Shown one piece after another: positions 8,645-18,566 of a stretch of DNA of 54,809 nucleotides. The stretch's first letter is position 1. Every line of letters starts with the position of its first letter. The notes beneath the pieces are model-generated. The model was not told the DNA's origin. It saw nothing but the letters and a program-made list of their open reading frames with translations, and searched no databases. Origin of the DNA: Sandaracinaceae bacterium (GTDB taxonomy: Bacteria; Myxococcota_A; Polyangia; Polyangiales; Sandaracinaceae); assembly GCA_044220955.1 (NCBI GenBank), contig JBGAQA010000041.1, positions 1 through 54,809 of the forward strand. The letters are read 5' to 3'. A program made the translations under genes and the position numbers.

Positions 8645-9747
8645 TGACGGCGCGCCTCCTCCGGGTCGCCGGGCCCGCGCTCGTGCTCTTCGCCCTCGCG
8701 TGCGGCCAGGGCGCGGTCCTGCAGGGCCGGATCTCGGGAACGCGCGAGATCGTCGACCAGGCCGAGCGCAACGGCGCGCGCGTCTGTGCCCCGCGCGAGC
8801 TCGCCGTGGCTCGCGCCAACCTCGAGTTCGCCGAGCGCGAGATCGCCCAGGGCGACCCCATCCGCGCGCAGCAGCACTTCGACCTCGCGGAGCCGAACGC
8901 GCGCGCCGCGCTGCACATGACCGATCCGGAGCGCTGCCTCGAGCACGAGCCCGAGCCGCCTCCGCCGCCCGCGCCGGGCGATCGCGACGGCGACGGGATC
9001 CTCGACCCGGACGACCAGTGCCCCGACGTCCCCGAGGATCGCGACGGCTTCCAGGACGAGGACGGCTGCCCCGAGACCCAGGACTCGGACGGCGATGGCC
9101 TCGACGACGACCACGACCTGTGCCCCGCGGAGCCCGAGGACGCGGACGGCTACCAGGACGCCGACGGCTGCCCCGAGCTCGACAACGACGTCGACACCAT
9201 CCTCGACACGGCCGACCACTGCCCGAACGAGCCCGAGGACCGCGACGGCCACCGCGACGACGACGGCTGCCCGGACCTCGACAACGACGGCGACGAGATC
9301 AACGACGCCATCGACCAGTGCCCGAACGAGCCCGGCCTGCCGCCCGAGCAGGGCTGCCCGCGCGTCTACCAGGACGTCGAGGTCACGAGCGAGGGCATCG
9401 TCATCCACCAGCAGGTCTTCTTCGTCACGGATCGCGCCACGATCCGCCCGGAGAGCCACGCGATCCTCGACACGGTCGCGCAGGTCATGCGCGACTTCCC
9501 GGACATCTCGATCGAGGTCCAGGGCCACACCGACAGCCGCGGCAACGACCGCCACAACATGCAGCTCTCGCAGGCGCGCGCCGACTCGGTCCGCACCTAC
9601 CTGATGCAGCAGGGCATCAGCGGCGACCGCATGACCGCGCGCGGCTACGGCGAGACCATGCCGATCGAGGACAACGCGACCGACCAGGGCCGCAGCATGA
9701 ACCGCCGCGTCGAGTTCCACCGCACCGACAGCCGCGCCGCGCAGTAG
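8644..9747 (+). CDS. OmpA-family lipoprotein with DUF4398 domain and thrombospondin type-3 (Ca-binding) repeats
   Basis: ATG overlaps upstream TGA; lipobox ALAC; DxDGDG..D..DxCP..PED repeats; OmpA_C motifs QGHTDSRG...LSQARA...NRRVEF. Confidence 0.92.
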   Translation: MTARLLRVAGPALVLFALACGQGAVLQGRISGTREIVDQAERNGARVCAPRELAVARANLEFAEREIAQGDPIRAQQHFDLAEPNARAALHMTDPERCLEHEPEPPPPPAPGDRDGDGILDPDDQCPDVPEDRDGFQDEDGCPETQDSDGDGLDDDHDLCPAEPEDADGYQDADGCPELDNDVDTILDTADHCPNEPEDRDGHRDDDGCPDLDNDGDEINDAIDQCPNEPGLPPEQGCPRVYQDVEVTSEGIVIHQQVFFVTDRATIRPESHAILDTVAQVMRDFPDISIEVQGHTDSRGNDRHNMQLSQARADSVRTYLMQQGISGDRMTARGYGETMPIEDNATDQGRSMNRRVEFHRTDSRAAQ

Positions 9748-9793
9748 TCGCCGCCCGGGAGTCTGCGGCCGCGGGGTGCGGGAGCCCCGGGGG

Positions 9794-9805
9794 TGTGTAT
9801 ACTCA
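9794..9805 (+). promoter_or_regulatory. -10 box (TATACT) overlapping a palindromic operator of the TA operon
   Basis: TGTGTATACTCA imperfect palindrome with GTATAC core; ATG 9 nt after the -10 box. Confidence 0.55.
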
Positions 9806-9812
9806 GGCGCCT

Positions 9813-10079
9813 ATGCCGCGCCTCCAGGTCTACCTGCCCGACGAGCTCCACCGGAAGGCGAAGGAGCTCGGCCTGCCGGCCTCGAAGCTCCTGCAGGACG
9901 CGATCCGCGACGCGATCCGCCGCCGTGCGCTCGCGACGGAGATGGATCGGTATCTGGCCGGGCTCCGCGCCGAGGTGGGCGAGCCGACCAAGGCACAGAA
10001 GGCCCGGGCGACGGCGAAGGCGAGGCGCATCCTCGGCAAGGACCGGAAGGCGGCCATCCGCTCGACTCGCGCCGCGTGA
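9813..10079 (+). CDS. Type II antitoxin, ribbon-helix-helix (CcdA/VapB-like)
   Basis: MPRLQVYLPDELHRKAKELGLPASKLLQDAI RHH pattern; GTGA overlap with the PIN gene. Confidence 0.8.
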   Translation: MPRLQVYLPDELHRKAKELGLPASKLLQDAIRDAIRRRALATEMDRYLAGLRAEVGEPTKAQKARATAKARRILGKDRKAAIRSTRAA

Positions 10080-10459
10080 GCACCGTCGTGCTCGACTCGG
10101 GTGGCCTCAGTGCGCTCGTCGAGCGCGACCCGGCCGCGCTCGCGCTGATCGAGGCGCTTCGTTCGGAGGGCGCCGACGCGTTCGTCGTGTCCACCGTCGT
10201 GCTTGTCGAGGCGCTGCGGGGCGATGCCCGTGACGCCACCACGAACCGCTTCTTGCGCGGCTGCGAGATCATCGAAGCCGTCCCGGAGCCACTCGCCCGG
10301 CGCGCCGCGCGCCTTCGAGCCCGCGCCCGGCGCGGATCCGCTGTGGACGCGCTGCTCGTGGCGCTCGCCGAGGGCGGCGGCGTGGTCGTGACCTCCGACC
10401 TCGAAGACCTGAGCGCGCTCGCGGCCTACGCCGATCGGGTCCGCGTCGAGCGGGTCTGA
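10076..10459 (+). CDS. vapC: PIN-domain (VapC-like) toxin
   Basis: VVLDSGGL...VLVE...SAVDALLVA...VVTSDLEDL acidic PIN motifs. Confidence 0.85.
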   Translation: MSTVVLDSGGLSALVERDPAALALIEALRSEGADAFVVSTVVLVEALRGDARDATTNRFLRGCEIIEAVPEPLARRAARLRARARRGSAVDALLVALAEGGGVVVTSDLEDLSALAAYADRVRVERV

Positions 10460-10493
10460 GCCAGGTCCCCTTCCTCGACCTCGCCTCCTGGGC

Positions 10494-11795
<1,302 letters not shown>

Positions 11796-11801
11796 CCGGA
11801 C

Positions 11802-13064
11802 ATGGGTGATCTCCGCGACAGCATGTCGGACGCGCAGGGCCCGATCGCGTTCCTGCGATCCCCGTCCACGATCCGCGCGCGCGCCCGCGAGGTGCTCGAC
11901 CTCGGCCTGGCCGGCAAGCTCGATCACTTCGAGGTGAGGCTCGACGCGCTCGACCGCGTCGTCGCGCGGACGCTCGCGGTCACGCGCGCGGCATACCCGA
12001 CCCTGAAGATCCCCTGCCACTCCCGCTGGAACCACTTCCGCGCCGGTGGTGTCGATCGCGTCGCGGACTTCGAGCGGCGGATCGCGCACCTGCCGATCGA
12101 CGAGCAGGCGCGCGCGCGCTTCGCGCTCGCGATCACGAGCGTGCTCCTCGACGCGGGCGCCGGGCCCGAGTGGAAGTACCGCGAGCCGGGCACGGGCCAG
12201 GTGTTCGCGCGCAGCGAGGGGCTCGCGGTCGCGAGCTACCACATGTTCGTGGACGGGCTCTTCTCGTCGGACAAGAAGAGCCCGTACCGCGCCGACGCCG
12301 ACGGCCTGGAGCAGCTCGACGGGATGAAGCTCGGTGCGGCCTTCCAGGCCTCGGGCAAGAACCCGATGGTGGGCCTCGAGGGACGCGCCGACCTGCTCGG
12401 CCGGCTGGGCTCGGCGATGCGCGCGACGCCGCGCTTCTTCGGCGAGGCCGGGCACGAGCCGCCGCGCGTGGGCCGGCTCTTCGACGCTTGCCTCGCGCGC
12501 GTCGAGGATGGACGCATCCCCGCGCGCAGGATCCTCTTCGTCGTGCTCGAGGGCCTCGGGCCCATCTGGCCGGGGCGCATCGAGCTGCTCGGCGTGAACC
12601 TCGGCGACGTCTGGAAGCACGGCAAGGTCGGCGGGCCGACCATCACCATGGGCCTGGTGCCCTTCCACAAGCTCTCGCAGTGGCTGACGTACTCGCTCAT
12701 CGAGCCGCTCGAGCAGGCGGGCGTGCGGGTCATCCGCAGCGACGAGCTCACGGGCCTCGCGGAGTACCGCAACGGCGGCCTCTTCGTGGACGACGGCGTG
12801 CTCGTCCCGAAGCACGCGGACGTGCTGACGAAGGTGTGGGCGCCCGGCGACGAGGTGATCGTGGAGTGGCGCGCGCTCACGGTCGCGCTGCTCGACGAGG
12901 TCGGCCAGGCCGTGCGACGCGAGCTGGCGATGACGCCCCAGGAGCTCCCGCTCGCGAAGGTGCTCGAGGGCGGCACGTGGGCCGCGGGGCGCCAGGCCGC
13001 CCGGGAGAAGCGCGCCGACGGGACGCCGCCCATCACGGTCGAGAGCGACGGAACCGTGTTCTGA
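11802..13064 (+). CDS. URC4/Urg3 family protein (DUF1688)
   Basis: HSRWNHF, SVLLDAGAG, RSEGLAVAS, FHKLSQWLTYSL, LAEYRNGGL, VLEGGTW, SDGTVF motifs. Confidence 0.92.
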   Translation: MGDLRDSMSDAQGPIAFLRSPSTIRARAREVLDLGLAGKLDHFEVRLDALDRVVARTLAVTRAAYPTLKIPCHSRWNHFRAGGVDRVADFERRIAHLPIDEQARARFALAITSVLLDAGAGPEWKYREPGTGQVFARSEGLAVASYHMFVDGLFSSDKKSPYRADADGLEQLDGMKLGAAFQASGKNPMVGLEGRADLLGRLGSAMRATPRFFGEAGHEPPRVGRLFDACLARVEDGRIPARRILFVVLEGLGPIWPGRIELLGVNLGDVWKHGKVGGPTITMGLVPFHKLSQWLTYSLIEPLEQAGVRVIRSDELTGLAEYRNGGLFVDDGVLVPKHADVLTKVWAPGDEVIVEWRALTVALLDEVGQAVRRELAMTPQELPLAKVLEGGTWAAGRQAAREKRADGTPPITVESDGTVF

Positions 13065-13107
13065 GGCCGCGTCGTCCCGCGGTACGCGCGTTGCTGTCGA
13101 TCGGCGC

Positions 13108-13957
13108 ATGACCCGATCCCGGCTCGGCGTGGCACACGTCGGACAGCTCCTCTCGTCCTTGATCCTGGCCTGCTCGGTCGGCGGATGCCTCGCCCACGAG
13201 CGCGACCCGGGCGACGGCGGCGGCGCAATGGCCGACGGCGGCGGCCTGGGCGACTGCGGGGGCGGGCCGGCCTGCACGGCCGGCAACCAGTGCTGGTGCG
13301 GGCGCTGCCTCACCCTCGACCTGCCGCGCCCCGTCTGCGACCCGCCGTGCGCGACCGCCGCCGCCGGTGATTGGTGCAGCGCGCCCGGGCGCACGTGCCC
13401 CCTGGCGGGCTGCGACGAGCTGGTGTGCACGGGCGGGGCCTTCGTCCGCCGGACGAGCGACGCCTGCGACGCCGGGGTGGATCCGGACATGGGCTGGTGC
13501 GAGTGCCCCGCGCCGCCGCCGGGCTGCGTCTACGACGGCTCGCCCTGCTTCTGCTCGCACCTCACGTGCGCGCCCGTGCGCTGCGGGCGCGACGTGTGCG
13601 CAGAAGGCACGTTCTGCTGCAACGCCTCGTGCAGCACGTGCACGCCGCCGGGCACCGGCTGCTTCGACATCGCGTGCGCGCCCGACTGCACGCCGATGGA
13701 CGCGCACTCGAACGGCCGCTGCGCGGGCACGCCTGGCTACGCCTGGGACGGCACCGCGTGCCGTGCCCTCGCCTGCAGCTGCGTCGGCGGCGTCGTCGGG
13801 CGCGTGCGCGGCGGTGCTCGGGTACGCGTTCGGCTCGAGCGGCTGTCTGCCCATCAGCGGCTGCGACTGCGTCGGCGCCGACTGCGCGACGGTGCTCGGC
13901 CGGCCCCAGGCTGCGTGCGAGGATGCGCACGCAGGCTGCCCGATCCTGTTCCCCTGA
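13108..13957 (+). pseudogene. Cys-rich lipoprotein with Kunitz-like repeats, frameshifted near 13789
   Basis: Signal plus lipobox, Cys-rich to ...ACSCVG; homologous repeat continues in the +1 frame (ASSGACAAVLGYAF...CDCVGADC...CEDAHAGC) to TGA 13955-13957. Confidence 0.7.
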
Positions 13958-13975
13958 GCCACGGCGCGCCTCGGC

Positions 13976-13991
13976 TGGCCCCGTGCTTGCA
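13976..13991 (+). promoter_or_regulatory. sigma54 promoter
   Basis: TGGCCCCGTGCTTGCA: GG 13977-78, 10 nt, GC 13989-90; predicted +1 next to ATG 14003. Confidence 0.6.
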
Positions 13992-14002
13992 CACGCGGCG
14001 GC

Positions 14003-14320
14003 ATGCAGAGCGAGCAATCCGACCTCACGGTCATCGGCCAGAACGCACGGACCGAGCGGCTCTTTCGCAGCAGCGAGCTGCTGCGCGCCGAGCTCGCACC
14101 CTTCGTGCACCCGAAGGCGCTGACCGAGATGCTCGATCTCGCGGCGCAGGCCGCCGAGAAGGCGCCCGTCGAGGACGTGCTGCGCGAGATGCGCGCCACG
14201 ATCGCGGGGATGCTCCTGAACCGGGTCGGGGCGTTCATGCTCGCCACGCAGGTCTCGATCGAGCAGCACGCCGAGCGCACCACCAGGCCCCCGGCCGCGC
14301 GCGCCCGAGCGGCGGCATGA
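14003..14320 (+). CDS. Hypothetical helical protein (105 aa)
   Basis: Protein-like composition, fits the intergenic gap, preceded by a sigma54 motif. Confidence 0.65.
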   Translation: MQSEQSDLTVIGQNARTERLFRSSELLRAELAPFVHPKALTEMLDLAAQAAEKAPVEDVLREMRATIAGMLLNRVGAFMLATQVSIEQHAERTTRPPAARARAAA

Positions 14321-14411
14321 GCCGCCACCCGGTGGCTACGCCAGCCGCCGTCCAGAGCCCGATCCCGAGAAACTTCCGCCCCCGACGCCGAGCCGATACC
14401 ATCCGCCTCGG

Positions 14412-14879
14412 ATGTCGACCGACGTCGTCGAGTCGCTGGGGAAGGTCCAGCTCTTCGCGGGCATTCGGCCCGAGGGGCTGAAGCGCGTCGCGTCGATCTG
14501 CTCGGAGGAGAGCTTCCGCCTCGGCGACATCGTCTTCCGCGAGGGCGAGGTCGGGGACAAGCTCTACATCATCCTCGACGGAAAGATCCGCATCTCCCGC
14601 GAGGTGAGCGGCATGGGTGAGGAAGCGCTCGCCGTGCTCGGCATCGGCCAGGCCTTCGGCGAGATGGCGCTCATCGACGACTTCCCGCGCAGCGCCGACG
14701 CGCGCGTGCACGAGCGCTGCCGGCTCCTCGTGCTCAGCAAGGACGCGCTCGAGGATCTCCTCTTCCTCGACAAGGATCTCGGCTACGAGGTGCTCTGGAA
14801 CTTCGTGCGCATCCTCTCGACGCGCCTGCGCGAGACGAACGACAAGATGACGTTCCTCTCGGTCACCGGGAAATTCTGA
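14412..14879 (+). CDS. Stand-alone cyclic nucleotide-binding domain protein
   Basis: IVFREGEVGDKLYIILDG...FGEMALIDDFPRSADA; no HTH. Confidence 0.9.
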   Translation: MSTDVVESLGKVQLFAGIRPEGLKRVASICSEESFRLGDIVFREGEVGDKLYIILDGKIRISREVSGMGEEALAVLGIGQAFGEMALIDDFPRSADARVHERCRLLVLSKDALEDLLFLDKDLGYEVLWNFVRILSTRLRETNDKMTFLSVTGKF

Positions 14880-14893
14880 GCTACGCTCGGGCC

Positions 14894-15110
14894 TTCGTCG
14901 GCGTCCCCGGAGTGACCGGGGACCTCGAGGGAATCCGGTGAGACTCCGGAGCTGCCCCGCAGCGGTGTGATGGAACGAGAGCCTGCACGTCCACTGGTCT
15001 GACCGGCCCTAGCCAGAATTGGCTATAGGCCCGGCAGACCGGGAAGGGCAGGCGAGTAGGAACCGCGACCCCGTCGCGATCGCCATCGAGCCCGAAGACC
15101 TGCCGTCGAC
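14894..15110 (+). ncRNA. Cobalamin (B12) riboswitch
   Basis: AGGGAATCCGGTGAGACTCCGGAGCTGCCCCGCAGCGGT, CCACTG, GGGAAGG and B12-box GAGCCCGAAGACCTGCC in canonical order; -10-like TACGCT at 14882-14887. Confidence 0.9.
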
Positions 15111-15176
15111 GCCGATCGCTCGATCGGTGTATCGCGCCGCGGCCTCGTGGGAGGTCCGTGGGGAAGGTCCGACGCC

Positions 15177-15890
15177 ATGGGTCGATCGATCGTCTGTGCT
15201 CTCTGCTTCTTCTGCGTCGCGGCGTGCGCCGCCCCTGCGTCCAGGGCCCCCGAGGCGCTCGCCGACGAGGTCGTCGACGCGCCCGGCGCCACCGGCGAGG
15301 CGTTCGGCGACCCGCGCCACGCGATCGACGGCGTGCGCGGCGGCGGCGCGCTCGCCGGCAGCACCGACGTGTACTCGCTCGACTACGCGAGTCACCCGTA
15401 CCTCGTGCTCGGCTGGAGCGGCCGGCGCGTCACCAACGGCCCGGGCGCAGACCTCGTCGTGTTCGAGAACCCGTTTCGGACGATGTGGGATCCGGACGCG
15501 TACTTCATGGATCCGATCGTCGTCGCGGTGTCGCTCGACGGCGCGCGCTGGGTGGAGCTGCCCCACCGCTACCTCGCCCCGGACGCGGCGGTGTACTCGC
15601 GCCGCATCGAGGACTGGGAGGGCTTCGCGGGGGTGACGCCGGTCCTCGTGAACGACGACGTGAGCCCGATCGGCTGGTTCGATCCGCGTGCCGGTGGCGA
15701 CGCGTTCGACCTCGACGAGCTGCCCACGGAGGGCGACGCGGCCGAGATCCGCGCGCAGGGCTTTCGCTACGTGCGCCTCACGAGCGCGGCGCTGGTCACG
15801 AACCCCGACACCGGCGCCGTCTATCCGCACGACCCGCTCGCGAACGGCGCCGACGTCGACGGCGTCGCGGCGCGCCACTTCGCCGACTGA
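15177..15890 (+). CDS. B12-riboswitch-controlled surface lipoprotein (resembles LIC_13355-type lipoproteins)
   Basis: Lipobox VAAC; motifs DGVRGGG, NGPGADLVVFENPF, VAVSLDG, GGDAFDL, FRYVRL; family name from memory only. Confidence 0.75.
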   Translation: MGRSIVCALCFFCVAACAAPASRAPEALADEVVDAPGATGEAFGDPRHAIDGVRGGGALAGSTDVYSLDYASHPYLVLGWSGRRVTNGPGADLVVFENPFRTMWDPDAYFMDPIVVAVSLDGARWVELPHRYLAPDAAVYSRRIEDWEGFAGVTPVLVNDDVSPIGWFDPRAGGDAFDLDELPTEGDAAEIRAQGFRYVRLTSAALVTNPDTGAVYPHDPLANGADVDGVAARHFAD

Positions 15891-15947
15891 TCGGGCGAGG
15901 TCCGCGACGTTTTGCCAAGGGGGGGCCACCCGGGTTACTCGTCGGGG

Positions 15948-17234
15948 ATGAACGACCCGACCCGGCTCTCGCCCATCGTTGCGTGCGCAATCGTCTCCTC
16001 GCTGCTGGCGATCGGCTGCAGCTCGCCCGACAACCCCGGCACCGACGCCGGCATGCAGAACGACGCGAGCGGGGGCACCGACGCGGCCGTCGACGCCGCG
16101 CGCGACACGGGCGGGGCCCCGATCGACACGGGCATGGCCGGGATCGACATGGGCACGCCGGCGATGGACATGGGCACGCCCGGGACCGACACGGGCGTGC
16201 TGGACGACGCGGGCGTCGACGCAGCGGCTGCGGACGATGCCGCGACGTCGGTCGACGCGGGCACCGACGCCGCGATGGTCGCGAGCGACGCGGGCACCGA
16301 TGCCGCGACGGTCACGGACGCCGGCTCCGACGCCGGCAGCTCCGCTCCCCAGTTCTGCGACGTCGTCTACGCGATCGGCGGCGGCACGTGCGCGGCGCCG
16401 ACGGAGACGGGGCGCTTCCACACGATCAAGACCGGCCTCGGCTCGAGCAACACCTATTACGACGTCGGCACGAACTGCTCGTCGCCGCACCGGGGCGACG
16501 GGTCCACGGCGGTCGCCTCGCCGTTCACGCCGGCGGCTTTCCCGCGCGGCTACGTCCGCCTGCGCTTCCCCGCCAGCGGCGGCGCTCCCGCGGCGGGCGC
16601 GGTGCAGCTCGTCGAGTACTACCTGCCGATCGAGTTCGTCGTGAGCTCGGTGGGCAGCACGATGGTCACGACGGACGTCGACCACAGCGCGGGCCTGCTC
16701 CGCTACGCGACCACCGGCTGCCCCGGCGGCGTCAGCGGCTGCCTCACCGGCGTGTCGGACACGACCGGCCCCACGCTCGATCGTCGCTGCGCGCCGGTCG
16801 CGTCCGGCACCCTCAGCGGCACGACGCTGACGTGGGACGCGTGCCCGGTCACGCCCCCCGCCGCGTACACGATGACCACGGGCACGCCGAGCAACGCGCA
16901 GCTCCGCTGGACGCCGGCGATGTCGCAGGACAGCGCGTCGAGCGCTGGCTGCATGACCAACGAGAGCACGTGGGGCGGCATCGGCTGCACCGGCACGTTC
17001 TGCGGCGCCGTGCCCGGCACGGGCGCCCCGACGAACGCGACCTGGGACCAGCGCCTGCCGAACCTGACGTTCAGCTCCGCCTCGTACGGCGCCGCGGGAA
17101 CCACCATCACGCTCGGCGAGATGATCATCCCCGACGAGCCGAACGACGTGTACTCCGGCTCGGTCGTCACGACCGCGACGATGGTGCACGTGGAGTGCGG
17201 CGCGCTCGCGGCGCTGACCTGCGACGAGCAATAG
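15948..17234 (+). CDS. Lipoprotein with DAG/DTG low-complexity stalk and Cys/Thr-rich C-terminal domain
   Basis: Lipobox AIGC; repeated DAG/DMG/DTG units; TTGCCA-17/18 nt-(T)TACTC promoter-like element upstream. Confidence 0.8.
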   Translation: MNDPTRLSPIVACAIVSSLLAIGCSSPDNPGTDAGMQNDASGGTDAAVDAARDTGGAPIDTGMAGIDMGTPAMDMGTPGTDTGVLDDAGVDAAAADDAATSVDAGTDAAMVASDAGTDAATVTDAGSDAGSSAPQFCDVVYAIGGGTCAAPTETGRFHTIKTGLGSSNTYYDVGTNCSSPHRGDGSTAVASPFTPAAFPRGYVRLRFPASGGAPAAGAVQLVEYYLPIEFVVSSVGSTMVTTDVDHSAGLLRYATTGCPGGVSGCLTGVSDTTGPTLDRRCAPVASGTLSGTTLTWDACPVTPPAAYTMTTGTPSNAQLRWTPAMSQDSASSAGCMTNESTWGGIGCTGTFCGAVPGTGAPTNATWDQRLPNLTFSSASYGAAGTTITLGEMIIPDEPNDVYSGSVVTTATMVHVECGALAALTCDEQ

Positions 17235-17244
17235 GAGCGCTCGC

Positions 17245-18105
17245 GTGAGCGAGGACCCGCCGGTCGTCGCCGACCTCGGCATCCACCGGCCCATCGTCCC
17301 CGAGGGCACGCGCTGCGAGGAGCACGGGTCCGAGCCGGCGTCGTTCCGTTGCGCGAAGTGCGCGACCTACCGCTGCGAGCGCTGCCTCTGGGGAAGGCGC
17401 GCCGCGCGGGAGGTCTGTCGCGCGTGCGCCGAGGCCGGCCTGCCCGAGCCGATCGCGTGGGAGCGGCGCGGCGAGATCGGCGTCGTGCGGGGCTTCTTCG
17501 GAACGGTGCGCGAGGTGCTCTTCACGCCCGCGCGCTTCTTCCGGACGCCCGCGCTCGAGGACGACGCGGTCGGCGGCTTCGAGCACGGGATGGTCGCGTT
17601 CGGCGTCGGGCAGATCGCGGTGGTGCTGCAGGCGATCGCCACGATGCTCGTGTTCGGGAGCGCCGTCGCGCTCGCGACGCGGGCGCCCGCGCTCGTGGCG
17701 TTCTTCGGCAGCTACACCTGTGTGATCCTCGCGCTCGTCCCCACGATGATGGTGCACGTGCCGGTGACCACGCTCGTGTCGGTGGGGATGGCGTCCGCCG
17801 CGATCCACGGGACCCTGCGACTGCTCGGGGCCGCGAAGGCGCCCTTCTACGCGGGGACCGTGCGGGCGACGAGCTACTCGTTCGCGACGCACGTGCTCTT
17901 CATCGTGCCCGTCCTCGGGCCGCTGATCGCGCTCGTGTGGACGCTCGTCATCGAGATCATCGGAGTGCGCGAGCTTCACCGCACGGGCAACGGTGTGGCG
18001 TGGCTCGCCGTGCTCGGCTACCGCGTGCTCTTCGTGGGCCTCCTGGTCGGTCTCTACGTGATCCTCGGTGCGCTCGCGGTCGGGATGGCGGTCTCGGGCC
18101 GCTGA
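17245..18105 (+). CDS. B-box-like zinc finger plus YIP1-like membrane protein
   Basis: CEEH...CAKC...CERC...CRAC; WERR...FFGTVREVLFTPARFF; about 5 TM segments. Confidence 0.75.
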   Translation: MSEDPPVVADLGIHRPIVPEGTRCEEHGSEPASFRCAKCATYRCERCLWGRRAAREVCRACAEAGLPEPIAWERRGEIGVVRGFFGTVREVLFTPARFFRTPALEDDAVGGFEHGMVAFGVGQIAVVLQAIATMLVFGSAVALATRAPALVAFFGSYTCVILALVPTMMVHVPVTTLVSVGMASAAIHGTLRLLGAAKAPFYAGTVRATSYSFATHVLFIVPVLGPLIALVWTLVIEIIGVRELHRTGNGVAWLAVLGYRVLFVGLLVGLYVILGALAVGMAVSGR

Positions 18106-18110
18106 GCGCG

Positions 18111-18494
18111 TCAGATCACGAGCAGCCCGGCGGCCTCGCACTCGGCGACCATGTCCCCCAGGCTCGGCAGGCGATCGAGCCCGGCGCGGCGTGCGATCTC
18201 CCGCGCCGCGCCACGCAGCTCGTGCGTCGTCGGCACGTCGGACGGAACCGCGGACGTCTTCGCGCGCGCCCACGCGAGGCGGAAGGCGGCGATCGCGACG
18301 CTTCCGCTCTCGTCGAGCAGGCGCCGGTGACCCTCGCGCTCGGCGAGCACGGAGAGGAGCCACTCGATCGGCGCACCCGCGCGCTGTGCGGCACGCTCGG
18401 CCGCAGTGCCCGGCCAGGCCCGGCCGACACGATCGTGTCGCGTCCGTACGGCGGACGCCTCCGGTCGGACACGGACGTCGTGGGTGAGCAGCAT
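18111..18494 (-). CDS. Hypothetical protein
   Basis: GGAGGAGG RBS upstream of ATG 18494; fills the gap after the capA-like gene. Confidence 0.6.
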   Translation of the reverse strand: MLLTHDVRVRPEASAVRTRHDRVGRAWPGTAAERAAQRAGAPIEWLLSVLAEREGHRRLLDESGSVAIAAFRLAWARAKTSAVPSDVPTTHELRGAAREIARRAGLDRLPSLGDMVAECEAAGLLVI

Positions 18495-18566
18495 GCCGGA
18501 CCTCCTCCCACGTGCGTGCGGGACGAGGGGCGATCGCGTCAAGAAATCGTCACGCCCGGACCTGCG

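Noticed and set aside
8980..9360. Regularly spaced repeats as a CRISPR-like array
   Set aside because: They are in-frame thrombospondin type-3 protein repeats; no cas genes or identical DNA repeats.
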